Positions 1 to 10,913 are shown, counted from the first letter of the stretch. The stretch: 64,000 nucleotides of DNA from Spirochaetia bacterium (GCA_034520965.1 JAXHMY010000003.1:288001-352000), one strand, 5' to 3'. Notes: generated from the sequence alone by a model not told the origin. Translations and numbers: made by a program.

Positions 1-600
1 GAATGCTCTCTATCAGCCTTCCTCAGGCTGGGTAAAAATTGATGGACGGAGTACTGCAAAAGACCCCTCTATGCCCGCCGAACGGTAGGGCTGGTCTTTC
101 AGGATGCCGACAGCCAGATAGTCGGCCAAACGGTCCGTCAGGACATAGCCTTTGGCCCGCAAAACCTGCGTCTGCCGAAGGATGTGGTTGAAGAGCGAGT
201 CGAATCGGCCCTGCAAACCCTGGATCTATACGAACTTGCAGATCATCGACCACACCAGCTTTCCGGGGGCGAGAAGCGGCGCCTGGCAATAGCTTCGGTG
301 ATCGCAATGGAACCGGCGGTGGTAGTATTTGACGAGCCCTTTTCAAACCTCGATTATCCCGGTGTGCAGTCGGTACTCCGCCATATAGTAGCTCTTCATC
401 ACAGCGGTCATACAGTAATCATAGTGACCCACGATATAGAAAAAGCTGCCGCCCACGCCAACCGCATGATCATCTTTGATAAAGGGAAAATTGCCGTCGA
501 TACCACCCCGCAATCCGCACTAACGGAAGTAGAAAATTTTGGTATACGTCTTCCCCGTTCTTTGGGAGGCGATGTAAAAGAGCTCACATGGCTGAAATAG
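1..600 (+). CDS. ECF transporter ATPase (EcfA/CbiO family), 5'-truncated by the window edge, apparent frameshift near nt 65
   Basis: VGLVFQDADSQIVG upstream in frame, LSGGEKRRLAIA signature, Walker B VFDEP, H-loop VTHD; followed by an EcfT gene. Confidence 0.9.
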
Positions 601-1328
601 CGATACTGCACTATCATCCGGGCACATCTGCCCTGCATCGGCTTGATCCGCGCTTCAAGGTACTGCTGATGCTTGGCTACATCGCCGCACTTTTTGCCGG
701 AAACTGGATGCACTATTTGGCCGTCACGCTCCTGTTGACCACCGCCTCCATCTCCGCCGATTTACACCCGAACAGTTTTAAACGGGAGCTGAAGGTCTTT
801 CTATTCTTAGCACTGATTATATTCACATCTCACTTTTTTACATCTCTTCAGAGTGGTTACGAGACGGCCCTGCAGGAGGGGCTGTTTTTTGCTTGGCGCT
901 TTCTTCTGATAGTGTGGCTGGGCATTCTGTTCACCGCTGTCACTGAACCCTCAGAGCTGCATGCAGTGCTGTATTGGCTGCTGCGGCCTCTTCCCGGTGT
1001 TCCCGCCGGCCGGCTGGCTGCTCACGCATCGCTTAGCATAGTTATAATTCCCCTGCTCCTCGATGGGGCCCATGAAATTAGAGAAGCCAGAAAAGCCCGG
1101 GGCATCGATCGCTGCCGCAATCCTGTGAAACGATTTAGAAGTATTATGAATCCGCTTATGGAAAAACTGCTGATGCAAATGGAAGAGCTGGCTCTGGCCC
1201 TCGAAAGCCGCAGCTTCGATGAAAGCGTGCTGCACAGCAGCCTCCTCTTTAAAGGCCGGGATGCGGTGTGCACAATGCTGTGTCTTTTACCGCTTATTGT
1301 GTTACAGATCGTATATATAAATTTTTGA
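588..1328 (+). CDS. ECF transporter transmembrane component T (EcfT/CbiQ)
   Basis: N-terminal LHRLDPRFK, several TM helices, EARKARG and ALESRSF motifs. Confidence 0.9.
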   Translation: MAEIAILHYHPGTSALHRLDPRFKVLLMLGYIAALFAGNWMHYLAVTLLLTTASISADLHPNSFKRELKVFLFLALIIFTSHFFTSLQSGYETALQEGLFFAWRFLLIVWLGILFTAVTEPSELHAVLYWLLRPLPGVPAGRLAAHASLSIVIIPLLLDGAHEIREARKARGIDRCRNPVKRFRSIMNPLMEKLLMQMEELALALESRSFDESVLHSSLLFKGRDAVCTMLCLLPLIVLQIVYINF

Positions 1329-2639
1329 GTTACGTAAATTATTGTAGTAATGCCGTTTTTTGCGGGCGATTTCACTCAAATCTCCCTCTCTAAAGCCCAG
1401 TTTTTCAAACCAGTCGGCCGTCTGTGTGGTAAGGGCAAACACGCGTTTCAAGCCTCGCTCCCTCGCCTTCTCGACAAGATAAAGTACCAGCCGTTTACCG
1501 ATACCCATACCCGCAAACCCGCGATCAACCGCTATACCCGCAATCTCGCCCTGGGTATCCGGATACTCATGCAGGGCGGCACAGCCGTGCACCCGGCCGT
1601 CCATATCGTAGACCACATAATCCTGGTATTCCTCTTCTAAGCTTTGGGTATCCCGGGGAACCAAAACTCCCTGGGTAATATAGGGTTCCATCACGCGCAG
1701 CACCTCCGACACATCGACCCGCTGCATTGGGCGGATCGACTCAAATATACTGGTATGGATCATTGTACCTATACCTATATTCGAAAAAATCTCGCGTAGT
1801 ATAACCCCTTCCTGCAATCCATCGACCAGATGCACCCGTTCTACCCCGCTTTCGCAGGCTTTACGACCGAGGTTCACCCTGCGCAGCATTTCATCACCCT
1901 TCAAACTCCCCTGTTTTTCATCGATTGAATTGATCTTCACCAACTCACGGGCTTCCTGAATCGTCAGACGGCTAATTCTGTCACCCGGCTTAATTCCAAG
2001 CCCCTGGGGAAGTAGCAGATGCTCGGTATGGACCGCACGGCCCTCACCAACAAAGAAGAGTTTTTCTGCAGTCAGCTGTGAGCTCACCGCCACCGAGAGC
2101 TCATCCGCCGCAATATTGTAAGTTTTTCCATTGGCATTCCAGCCAATAGGAGGGAAAATGGGTATGACCTCCTGGTCGATAATGGTAGTAAGGGCCTGCG
2201 TATCAATTCGCTCTACCACTCCTGTATACTTATAGTCCACCCCGTCTATGATACCGCGTCCCTTCGCTCGAACCCAATTACCTATAACCGATCTAACCCC
2301 CTCTCCAGCGAGGGCAGACATAAGGGTATTCGCAATATTGAAAGAAACCATTTCTACAAAGGGCAGCGCTGCCTCGTCGGTAACCCGCAACCCCCGGTAG
2401 GAGTGCTGGGGCACCTTATACTCCTCGAGTATTCGGTTCACTTTTTCTCTTGTACCGGGAACCAGCACTATCCGTATACCCGATTGATGGAGCGTGGCAA
2501 TATCCTTTATAAATACAGGGAAGAACTGATTTTCGATTATCCGCAGGTCGATATACAGAACAAACAGCCGCCCGCGAAAGCGCTGAGCATAGCCGAGGCT
2601 CTCGCGGATAATATCAAGCTCGTGATTTGAAGTGTCCAT
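1302..2639 (-). CDS. argA: Amino-acid N-acetyltransferase (N-acetylglutamate synthase, AAK + GNAT domains)
   Basis: YRGLRVTD, GVDYKYTGVVERID, RVHLVDG...GIGTMI, GNAT GMGIGKRL and LTTQTADWF; start placed at MDTSNH (ATG 2639). Confidence 0.9.
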   Translation of the reverse strand: MDTSNHELDIIRESLGYAQRFRGRLFVLYIDLRIIENQFFPVFIKDIATLHQSGIRIVLVPGTREKVNRILEEYKVPQHSYRGLRVTDEAALPFVEMVSFNIANTLMSALAGEGVRSVIGNWVRAKGRGIIDGVDYKYTGVVERIDTQALTTIIDQEVIPIFPPIGWNANGKTYNIAADELSVAVSSQLTAEKLFFVGEGRAVHTEHLLLPQGLGIKPGDRISRLTIQEARELVKINSIDEKQGSLKGDEMLRRVNLGRKACESGVERVHLVDGLQEGVILREIFSNIGIGTMIHTSIFESIRPMQRVDVSEVLRVMEPYITQGVLVPRDTQSLEEEYQDYVVYDMDGRVHGCAALHEYPDTQGEIAGIAVDRGFAGMGIGKRLVLYLVEKARERGLKRVFALTTQTADWFEKLGFREGDLSEIARKKRHYYNNLRNSKIYIYDL

Positions 2640-3765
2640 GCCCTTCGCTCCCTTTGCGGTAATCCTGAACCATCTCGGCGGCGATTGCAAGTGCAATTTC
2701 TTCAGGATTTGCAGCCCCAATATCAATGCCAATCGGCCCGTGAATCCTGGATAACTGCTCCTCCGTGTAACCCTCTGCCCTTAATCGTTGTAAACGATTC
2801 TTTAATGTTTTGCGGCTGCCAAGCACTCCTACATAAAAACAGTTACTCCCAAGGGCTTCTCCAACTGCAGCATCATCAATTTGTTCGCTGTGGGTAATGG
2901 CCGCCACTGCGGTATGCCGGGCCGGGGGGTCAGTGCGTGGAGGCGTATGAGCGTTGGTGGGACAGCCGGAAATTCCAAGCTCCTCAAAGGCCTCCTGGGG
3001 CCACTTATGCAGAAGGACATCAGCAGCTGAGAAACGCTCAGGCGCAGCAAAGGTCTCGCGAGGATCCACAACGCTTATGCGCCATCCAAGGGCTTTCAAC
3101 TGATGTACCAGGGCTTCTCCGATGTGAGACCCGCCGACTATCACTGCATGGGGAACAGGCGGATGGTGCTGTATAAAAAAACGTACTTCAGGCTGCGTTT
3201 CCTCAGCAGTTATTTCAATAACCCCATATTCTTGGGAAAACGAGTGGGGAAAGGTGTGGGACAGCAGCTTAGCAAGCAGCTCCCTAAGCGCCGCAGAATC
3301 TGACCGACTGTTCGGCAGGCCGATGTGCAACTCATCCTGACTATCAAGGGCAAAGGACGTACCCAGCCAATCCTCCGGACCGACAGTACATACACCCCAG
3401 AGAATATTCTGCCCCCGGGTGAGGCGCGACGCAACGGCTGCTCCGACAGACGCTGAATATGGATAAATGCATACTTGTACGGTACCGCCACAAGGAGAGG
3501 GCCCACCAAAGGGATCGTCATTTGGGCAAAATCTAATTTGGCGGGCTCCATTCTGGGCACGTAGCCGATTTACCGTTTCAATAACGGTGCTTTCAATACA
3601 GCCGCCGCTCACTGATCCGGTCAGTGAATCATCTGCAGCAACACCCATGGTCGCTCCGGCTCCTCGCACTGCCGAACCTTCTATATCTGTTATTGTCGCA
3701 AGGTAAATCGGGTTCTTCCTAGTATCACCGGTCCACCTCTGCAGCTGGGTATATATGTCGAACAT
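2614..3765 (-). CDS. XdhC/CoxI family molybdoenzyme maturation factor
   Basis: GSVSGGCIE, PCGGTV, YVGVLGSR, IHGPIGIDIGAANPEEIALAIAAE; AGGAG RBS before ATG 3765. Confidence 0.9.
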   Translation of the reverse strand: MFDIYTQLQRWTGDTRKNPIYLATITDIEGSAVRGAGATMGVAADDSLTGSVSGGCIESTVIETVNRLRAQNGARQIRFCPNDDPFGGPSPCGGTVQVCIYPYSASVGAAVASRLTRGQNILWGVCTVGPEDWLGTSFALDSQDELHIGLPNSRSDSAALRELLAKLLSHTFPHSFSQEYGVIEITAEETQPEVRFFIQHHPPVPHAVIVGGSHIGEALVHQLKALGWRISVVDPRETFAAPERFSAADVLLHKWPQEAFEELGISGCPTNAHTPPRTDPPARHTAVAAITHSEQIDDAAVGEALGSNCFYVGVLGSRKTLKNRLQRLRAEGYTEEQLSRIHGPIGIDIGAANPEEIALAIAAEMVQDYRKGSEGHGHFKSRA

Positions 3766-3918
3766 AAACAAACTCCTATAGTATTTCTACTCAAATTATA
3801 CTTAAATGCCGCCCTATTCCAACCCCAACTGCAGAATTACTTCTCTGTTATAATTGCTTGTTATAATTGGCTTTTCCACGATAGTAATGCTATATTGAAA
3901 TAAGATGGAGATTTAGAA

Positions 3919-4488
3919 ATGAGAAAAAGCAAGCAAGACTATGTAGGAATAGATAATAGGCAGCGTATCCTAGAAGCCGCAACCGATTTGTTTATCCAGC
4001 AAGGAGCACAGGATACAAGCCTGGCAGAAATTGCCCAGGCCCTCAACATCAGCAAGGGAACTTTATATTATTACTACTCTAGTAAAGCCGAACTCATATT
4101 TGATGTAACCGATGTCTACATGCAGGAACTTACAGAAGGCCTGCTTGACTGGGTGAAAAGCTTAAAGGAAACAACCGCGCCGGAGAATATTTTAGAGGCA
4201 GTGTTCCACACCATCTTCAACGCAAAAACGAGGGGCAAATTGCACATCTACCTGATTCATGAGGCAATTACAACCCAAGGACCATTGCAAGAGAAAATAA
4301 AAGCAGCCTACGGGCGATGGAAATTGATGCTGCAGGAAGGGCTGGATACTGTCTTTGGCGATACCCTGGACACAAAAGTATATGCCGATATCATTTTAAC
4401 AATGTTAACCGGAGGCATAGTTCATACTATCATTGGCGTCGAGATGGCGCCCCTTAAAGAACTTATTCACCCACTTCTATATAAGTAA
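3919..4488 (+). CDS. TetR/AcrR family transcriptional regulator
   Basis: RILEAATDLF...TSLAEIAQALNISKGTLYYYYSSKAEL HTH. Confidence 0.95.
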   Translation: MRKSKQDYVGIDNRQRILEAATDLFIQQGAQDTSLAEIAQALNISKGTLYYYYSSKAELIFDVTDVYMQELTEGLLDWVKSLKETTAPENILEAVFHTIFNAKTRGKLHIYLIHEAITTQGPLQEKIKAAYGRWKLMLQEGLDTVFGDTLDTKVYADIILTMLTGGIVHTIIGVEMAPLKELIHPLLYK

Positions 4489-4533
4489 CGAGCTAAGGGA
4501 TAAGCTTTAACTTCGGCTCTTCGCTGAATATAC

Positions 4534-4570
4534 AAAAAAACCGGCTATCCCTTTGGATGCCGGTTTTCTT
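4534..4570. terminator. Probable bidirectional intrinsic terminator between convergent tetR and trxA
   Basis: A-tract, CCGGC-(T)ATCC stem with CTTT loop and GGATGCCGG, then T-tract. Confidence 0.75.
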
Positions 4571-4593
4571 CTATTTAAGATTCTATAGGTAGT

Positions 4594-4947
4594 TTAAGCG
4601 AGCAGCTCGTCATCGAGAACCTGCTTAAAAGACTCCTTCGGCAGTGCACCGGCTGCCATCTGAGGTTTTCCCTCCAAGGGAATAAACAGGATTGAAGGGA
4701 TACTCTGTATTCCAAATGCTGCGGCCAGCTCCTGCTGGTCTTCCGTATCAATCTTGTAGAAATTGACTTTTCCTTCATACTCTTCCGAGAGTTCTTCTAC
4801 AATCGGGGCAACCATTTTACAAGGACCACACCAGTCCGCATAAAAATCGATTACCGCTGGAAGATCTCCTTGGAACTCCCACTCTTTCTTCTTTTCGAAG
4901 TCAAAAACTTTCTCTAAAAACGTCTCTTTTGTCAAATGTTCGGGCAT
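4594..4947 (-). CDS. trxA: Thioredoxin
   Basis: DFYADWCGPCK active site, cis-Pro IQSIP. Confidence 0.95.
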   Translation of the reverse strand: MPEHLTKETFLEKVFDFEKKKEWEFQGDLPAVIDFYADWCGPCKMVAPIVEELSEEYEGKVNFYKIDTEDQQELAAAFGIQSIPSILFIPLEGKPQMAAGALPKESFKQVLDDELLA

Positions 4948-5055
4948 ATTATCTCCTTTACCTTATTATATATCTTTTGATATATATATTGTTTCCTGAT
5001 TTATAGTAAAAATACTAATACTTTGCTAAAAAATCAAGTCCCCCAGAGGGAATTT

Positions 5056-5086
5056 AAAACGGCCGGCTTTTTGTCAGCCGGCCGTT
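5056..5086 (-). terminator. Intrinsic terminator downstream of the PPIase gene
   Basis: AACGGCCGGCT...AGCCGGCCGTT stem followed by TTTT on the minus strand. Confidence 0.7.
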
Positions 5087-5108
5087 CCTGTCAATCTACA
5101 GAATATAC

Positions 5109-6221
5109 TTAACCGCTAAGACCAAACCGCTCGATATTCGCGCTTTGTTTCTCTTCATCCAGAAATGCTTTTTTAGCTTCTTGAAGTTTTACTCTCTCAA
5201 GGTGAGTCCTGATATTGTCCTCAACTTCACCAAAAGATGCCTTTGAAGCCTCTTTATGGTCGGTAAGTTTGATAAGGTGAAAGCCGAAAGATGTTTCAAC
5301 AATATCACTTACTTCTCCTACTTCCATATTAAAGGCAGCTTTTTCAAACTCGGGTACCATCTGACCGCGGCCAAAGTAATTGAGATCACCGCCCCTCTCG
5401 CTACTGGGACCTTCGGAAACCTCACGAGCAACTTTACTAAACTCTTCTCCATTTTCAATGCGCTTCTTGGCAGCCTGCAGTTTCTCTTTCGCAGCTGCTT
5501 TATCCGCTTCAGTGGCATCTTCCCCTGCTTGAATAAGTATATGGCTGGCTCTTACCTGCTCCGGTTGCTCAAACTGTTCCGGGTTGTCCTCATAGTAAGC
5601 TTTTACCTCAGAGGCTTGCACCTTTACCTGATCACCAAACTTGCTCTCTTCGAACTGTACTTTAGTCATCTGCTTGGCCAATTCCTGCTTGAGCTCCTGC
5701 TCCGACATTCCCTGCTGATTCAAGGCTTGTTGGTAAGCAGCTTTATCTGCAAACTGCTCTTTAGTTTTCTGCAGCTCCTCATCCAATTCTTTATCGGAAG
5801 GACCGTAACCATTTTCCTCCGCAATTTGATACATGAGTTCATTATCAATCAAACTTTCAAGCACCATTGCCTGTAGTTGTTGAAGCTGGGCCCCCTGAAC
5901 CTGCATACCCTGTTGCGAATATTGGTATCTAAAATAGTTGAGTAGTTGTTCAAACTCCTGTCGACCAATCTCTTCTCCATTCACTTTAGCCACAACTCCT
6001 TCTGGTGCTGATCCGGAAGCTTGTGCTGAACCGCCGCCGGCGTTTTCACTCTCCTGGGGGTCCGCCTGCTGACTTGTCTCCTGCTGACTCGTCTCCTGCT
6101 GAGCATCTTTTTGGTCGTCATCCTGTTTTTCCTGCTTACCTCCGGCAAACAGCATCGCGGAACTGATAAACAGCATAATACATAAAGCTGTAAAAAGGCG
6201 AAGCATACGTCTTGCGTGCAT
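5109..6221 (-). CDS. Exported parvulin-type peptidyl-prolyl isomerase (SurA/PrsA/PpiC-like)
   Basis: Signal peptide ending LFAGG, VAKVNGEEI, VRASHILI, SERGGDL, MVPEFEKAAF, ETSFGFHLIK. Confidence 0.9.
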   Translation of the reverse strand: MHARRMLRLFTALCIMLFISSAMLFAGGKQEKQDDDQKDAQQETSQQETSQQADPQESENAGGGSAQASGSAPEGVVAKVNGEEIGRQEFEQLLNYFRYQYSQQGMQVQGAQLQQLQAMVLESLIDNELMYQIAEENGYGPSDKELDEELQKTKEQFADKAAYQQALNQQGMSEQELKQELAKQMTKVQFEESKFGDQVKVQASEVKAYYEDNPEQFEQPEQVRASHILIQAGEDATEADKAAAKEKLQAAKKRIENGEEFSKVAREVSEGPSSERGGDLNYFGRGQMVPEFEKAAFNMEVGEVSDIVETSFGFHLIKLTDHKEASKASFGEVEDNIRTHLERVKLQEAKKAFLDEEKQSANIERFGLSG

Positions 6222-6510
6222 AATATATCTCCTAAAACATAAAATTGTTCTTGAACACTTTATAGGTTCATACACAAGTCAAAGGCATATCCACCCGGGA
6301 TTCCCTTTAACTCCCCTACAAAATAACAGCTTAAAAGGAACACTTTCAAGTGTTATCTAAGGAATATGGATATTTTTAGTATCCTCACATACAATTCTGT
6401 TAACTCTATTACATTTTATATATATTTTAGATAAATTAAACTTTTTTAACGGTAGTCAAATTGGGATTTTCCTGATAAAATCTATGCAGCCTAGAGTTTG
6501 GATGGTTACT

Positions 6511-8415
6511 ATGAAAATAAAAACTCGCATTCTACTTCTTAACCTTCTTTTCCTGCTTGCTTTGGGGGGAACAGGAATCAGTTCGTATATACTCTACAAC
6601 ATACGAGGCAGCCTAAACAGTTTAGTTTTAGAAATGCAGACGATCACCTCGCATATGTACAGAACAAACTCTCTGACAAAAGAGCTATTATTAACTGAAA
6701 AAATTTCTGTGGCTTATTCCCGTTTTCTTGATCAATACAACAACTTCTACAACCGTACGGTTGAACTGATCAACTCCGACTCCTACATTGATCTTATTTC
6801 AGAAAACGAACATGGACTCATGCGAACCGATTATCTGAAGGGTATCCTGCAGGGAGCCGATGATAATGTGAAACAAATCAATCCACGAATGATAAACCTC
6901 ATCCAGAACTATCCCCAGGGGCTGCCGGGCTTGTTATTAGCCGTTCGGGAGTATAATGATCCACAGCTTTCAGAGCTGAAGACAGAAATCGAAAGTCTTA
7001 GCTATTATTTCGGAGAATCACTTAATTCGACCTTGAACGAGCTTTCCGAACGCTTGGAGGATAGTGCCCAAAATCGAGAGAACTCTCTCCAGAACTTAGT
7101 GTACTTTATGATTACGGGTTTTATTCTATTAATCCTGATTATTTCAGGAACGCTTATGTTCAATATAAAAAAACAATTTGACGATCTTCGGCAAAGCCTT
7201 GAAATCATGGGTTCGGGTGACTTTTCTCACCGCCTTAAAGCGCACGGTGCAGATGAACTTTCGGCAGTAGCAAACTCAATAAACACATTTCTCACTGATT
7301 TTTCTGCTGTGATCAACGAGATAAAGGCCATGTCCAAGGAAAGCACCCGTCTTAAAGATGAGCTTACTGGTGCCAGCAATGAATCAGCTGCCGCTATAAA
7401 TCAAATGAGTTCTAATATCCAGAGCATTGGTGATCAGTTTGAGGGTTTAGTCGAAAGAATGCAAACAGCTACCCAGGCTACCGGCGAAATTTTAACCGGA
7501 ATACAATCATTGACAGAAAAAATTAATTCTCAATCATCTGCAGTTACCCAATCTTCAGCCTCGATTGAACAAATGACTGCCGCAGTAGAAAATGTAAGCG
7601 CCATTTCAGAAAAACGCAAAACTGCAAGCGATAGACTGGTCGAAATAACTAGTTCAGGGGGAGAAAAAATTGAGAACACCAACGCTCTGATTGAAGAAAG
7701 TACCCGGGATGTAAGTGAAATACTGGAAGTCATCAACATAATTAATAATGTTGCCAGCCAGACCAATTTGCTTTCCATGAATGCTGCAATCGAGGCGGCC
7801 CACGCCGGTGATGCCGGGCGTGGTTTTGCAGTTGTTGCTGATGAGATTAGAAAGCTTGCAGAAACTACCAACGGGAATGCAAAAAAAATTAAAACCAGTA
7901 TCAATACTATTGCCCAAAAAATTGAGACAATTCACAGCACAAGTAATGAAAGCCGGGATGCCTTTAAAACTATTGAGGCCGAAACCCGCTCCTCAAGCGA
8001 AGCCATGTCCGAAATAAATTCCAGCATGAAAGAGCTTTCTACCGGCAGTAATGAAATTTTAGAGGCAATGAGCTCTCTTTCGAATACTACCCAGGAGATC
8101 CAGGACAACGCTGCTGTGGTAACTTCTAATTCCCGGAACATAAATGAGTCTATTGAAGGCATTTTAGAAATTGGGCACGGGATTAAAGACGGTATGGAGG
8201 AGATTGAAGCAGGAATAATCGACATCAACCACTCAATGACTCAGGTAAATGAATTGAATGAGGAAAGCAGCAACTCAATTGACAGTTTAGTTGATAGAGT
8301 AGCTGTTTTTAAGACTGAAACCCACGATAATGAGAATGAAGTCCAACCACTTTCTTCCGAAGAAGCGGGGACAAGGAAGCCGAATAGAGCTGTAAAGCTG
8401 CTCTCGGTACTTTAG
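6511..8415 (+). CDS. Methyl-accepting chemotaxis protein (2 TM, HAMP, MCP signal domain)
   Basis: [35 protein letters not shown] hairpin tip; HAMP GDFSHRL...DEL. Confidence 0.95.
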   Translation: MKIKTRILLLNLLFLLALGGTGISSYILYNIRGSLNSLVLEMQTITSHMYRTNSLTKELLLTEKISVAYSRFLDQYNNFYNRTVELINSDSYIDLISENEHGLMRTDYLKGILQGADDNVKQINPRMINLIQNYPQGLPGLLLAVREYNDPQLSELKTEIESLSYYFGESLNSTLNELSERLEDSAQNRENSLQNLVYFMITGFILLILIISGTLMFNIKKQFDDLRQSLEIMGSGDFSHRLKAHGADELSAVANSINTFLTDFSAVINEIKAMSKESTRLKDELTGASNESAAAINQMSSNIQSIGDQFEGLVERMQTATQATGEILTGIQSLTEKINSQSSAVTQSSASIEQMTAAVENVSAISEKRKTASDRLVEITSSGGEKIENTNALIEESTRDVSEILEVINIINNVASQTNLLSMNAAIEAAHAGDAGRGFAVVADEIRKLAETTNGNAKKIKTSINTIAQKIETIHSTSNESRDAFKTIEAETRSSSEAMSEINSSMKELSTGSNEILEAMSSLSNTTQEIQDNAAVVTSNSRNINESIEGILEIGHGIKDGMEEIEAGIIDINHSMTQVNELNEESSNSIDSLVDRVAVFKTETHDNENEVQPLSSEEAGTRKPNRAVKLLSVL

Positions 8416-8465
8416 AATTGCTCTCAGTACTTGGAAGTTTGTGTCTGAATTTGTATATTGTAACC

Positions 8466-9098
8466 ATGATGGATTTTGAACCGCTGCACGTACCGCCACC
8501 TTTAGAATCAGAAAAGATACCCGAGTATTTGCTGGGCTATATGCTCATCTCGGAATCTGATCTGAGAGACCCCAACTTTTTTCAAACAATTGTGTTGATA
8601 TTAACCCATGACCAAAACGGAGCTATGGGATTAGTTATTAATCGCCCCAGTGAGGCCACACTGTCTGAAATTACAGAAGATATGGAGACCTCCGAATTTG
8701 CCGATGCTCCTATTCATATTGGCGGTCCGGTAGATCAGAATTATCTATTCGCGCTGCATTCAGGATTTATTGGTAATGTAAAAAGCGATGGCGCTATTCA
8801 GGTTGCCGATCATATTGTGTTTGAACCTGACTTTACCCTGCTGCACAGCAACTACAGACAACTGAAACAGGAGGACGGGTCAATACCTCCAACGGTAAAG
8901 TTTTTTGCCGGTTATGCAGGCTGGGCTGGGGGGCAGCTGGAAGATGAACTTAAGCGGAATGACTGGATAGTTATACCGGCTGCGGCCGATTTGGTCTTTT
9001 CACAGGATCCAGTAGAAACATGGAGACAAGCACTCTACAAAAAGGGCGGTGTGTACTGGTTGGCCGCTGAAACCGGGCACAAACCTTCAATTAACTGA
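8466..9098 (+). CDS. YqgE/AlgH family protein (UPF0301)
   Basis: DPNFFQTIV, GAMGLVINRP, GGPV, GYAGWAGGQLEDE. Confidence 0.92.
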   Translation: MMDFEPLHVPPPLESEKIPEYLLGYMLISESDLRDPNFFQTIVLILTHDQNGAMGLVINRPSEATLSEITEDMETSEFADAPIHIGGPVDQNYLFALHSGFIGNVKSDGAIQVADHIVFEPDFTLLHSNYRQLKQEDGSIPPTVKFFAGYAGWAGGQLEDELKRNDWIVIPAAADLVFSQDPVETWRQALYKKGGVYWLAAETGHKPSIN

Positions 9099-9129
9099 AT
9101 TACTAATACATCATAGTAACACCCCTTTA

Positions 9130-10408
9130 TTAATGGTTCAAACCATGGGGGATGCAATTTTTCACACGCCGGCTGCGAGTAAGGGCGATTACATCCACAC
9201 ATATTTGGGCCAGTACATCCCGTCGAACTTATCCAGGGTTCCGGTCATCCGTGCCCATACCATCAGCTGTGACCAGTTGAGCTTTACATGCGTGTAGAAC
9301 TTGCGCATGGTAAAGATACCCCGCAGCCCTCTCGCGATTTTACCCCGGGCACACCGGCCACCTCGGCATGGGAGAAGTTCTGAAGAAATGGATCTCCCGA
9401 TGCGAAAGGGCTTAAAATAATTCTGATACAGCTGGTAGACGGCCATGCGCTCAAGACAGTTATTGACATTCTGGGAGAAGCGGACCGTCTCGCGCACATG
9501 ATTGGCATTATCCTTCCTAAATTGCCTGTCCAGATAGTTGACAGAAAAAAGTGGATTGTCGATGGTGCGCGCCAAAAGGGAGGAGATTCTCACATGCTCA
9601 AACCTCCCCTCGCTTTTTAGGCTCTGGAGCACATCCGAACCCATGACCAATCTTTGATACTCTAACTTCTCATCGCTGTAGAGGCAGGTAAACCGCCGCT
9701 TCTGTGCGTATTGCTCGATCAGATCGACAATCTGCAGGAAGGACTGACTAATGGAGATTCTTTTGCGGATGTAGTGCCTCTCCCGCTGGTCACGTTCGGC
9801 CTTCTGTAGCTCAGTCATCTTTCCCTTGCGCCGCAAATGGGCATAGTCGAAGGTGATAAAGAACTGTGAACTCTTGCCGGCCAGGATGTGAATGTTATTC
9901 GGCTGGAACTGATCGCTGACAAAGCTCTCGAAGCCGTCGGTGACCAGGTCCTCGCAGGGAACATAGTCCTGCAGGACATCCGCCTGCAGGGCAATAGCCT
10001 GGCGGGCGAGACGGCCTAAGCGGTTGATGATCGCCTGGTGGCTGACCTCCATTATACGGGCGGTTTTACGCACTCCTCCGCAGTTGGTCATATGATCGAA
10101 AATCACCTGATAGTCGAGCTTTCGTTTAACATAATAATCGAGGCGGAAGGTTTGCTCACTGAAACCTCCTCCGCAGCTGAGGCATCTGAAGCGGGTGACC
10201 GTCCCATGGGCCAGGGTCTCGTAGCTGCCATTGATGTGGTACCAGCGCCCGTGGTCAGGTGGCTGGGTGTGATATTCACATTCGGGATGGGGACAAAATG
10301 GGGGGATAAGCATTGGCAGGCCTCCTCTAAAATAAAGTGTGGGTACACTCTAATAGAGGGGGTAAGTCGCATCTGTGCTTCAATTCCCCATGGTTTGAAC
10401 CATTAACC
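9130..10408. mobile_element. IS1-like insertion sequence with 21-bp perfect TIRs and 9-bp target-site duplication
   Basis: TTAATGGTTCAAACCATGGGG at 9130-9150 and its reverse complement at 10386-10406; ACCCCTTTA at 9121-9129 and 10409-10417; encloses one transposase-like ORF. Confidence 0.9.
9189..10313 (-). CDS. Single-ORF IS1-like transposase (Zn finger, HTH, RNase H-like catalytic domain)
   Basis: CPHPEC...RFRCLSC Zn finger, VRKTARIMEVSHQAI HTH, DGFESF and YSDEK acidic motifs; probable local double frameshift near 9350-9390 (alternative frame reads SHAEVAGV). Confidence 0.85.
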   Translation of the reverse strand: MLIPPFCPHPECEYHTQPPDHGRWYHINGSYETLAHGTVTRFRCLSCGGGFSEQTFRLDYYVKRKLDYQVIFDHMTNCGGVRKTARIMEVSHQAIINRLGRLARQAIALQADVLQDYVPCEDLVTDGFESFVSDQFQPNNIHILAGKSSQFFITFDYAHLRRKGKMTELQKAERDQRERHYIRKRISISQSFLQIVDLIEQYAQKRRFTCLYSDEKLEYQRLVMGSDVLQSLKSEGRFEHVRISSLLARTIDNPLFSVNYLDRQFRKDNANHVRETVRFSQNVNNCLERMAVYQLYQNYFKPFRIGRSISSELLPCRGGRCARGKIARGLRGIFTMRKFYTHVKLNWSQLMVWARMTGTLDKFDGMYWPKYVWM

Positions 10409-10448
10409 ACCCCTTTACATACGAAGCGTGACTCCATAGTATTACACT

Positions 10449-10907
10449 ATGATACCTCATAATGTACAAACAGTGTTAGATAATCACAAGCTTTCAGCCA
10501 TAGAATTTGAGCCCGGCAGCACACCTACCTCTCTGATGGCTGCTGAGCAGCTCGGAGTTGAAGTAGGCCAAATTGCAAAATCTATTCTTATGCGTGGAAA
10601 GGATGACACTTATCGCATGTTCGTTTTGGCCGGCGACTGCAAAATATCATCCGGCAAGGTCAAACGCCTGACTGGAGTCAAACACAGCCTAGCCGGCGCG
10701 GAAGAGACTCAGAAGGTAACCGGCTTTTTACCCGGCAGCGTATGCCCCTTTGCGGTGGATACGGTCGAAATATTTCTCGATTCCAGTCTGAAAAAATGGC
10801 CGACCGTGTATCCGGCAGCAGGTACAGATGCATCAGGTGTACCGGTCACCTTTGATCAGCTGCTCACAATCAGCAATGCCGTTGAGGTAGATGTAGCTTC
10901 CGACTGA
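10449..10907 (+). CDS. YbaK/EbsC family aminoacyl-tRNA deacylase
   Basis: QIAKSIL, TGFLPGSVCPFA, VYPAAG. Confidence 0.9.
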   Translation: MIPHNVQTVLDNHKLSAIEFEPGSTPTSLMAAEQLGVEVGQIAKSILMRGKDDTYRMFVLAGDCKISSGKVKRLTGVKHSLAGAEETQKVTGFLPGSVCPFAVDTVEIFLDSSLKKWPTVYPAAGTDASGVPVTFDQLLTISNAVEVDVASD

Positions 10908-10913
10908 GCATTC

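Noticed and set aside
6066..6103. 15-bp tandem repeat in the PPIase gene
   Set aside because: In-frame low-complexity linker (QQETS)x2
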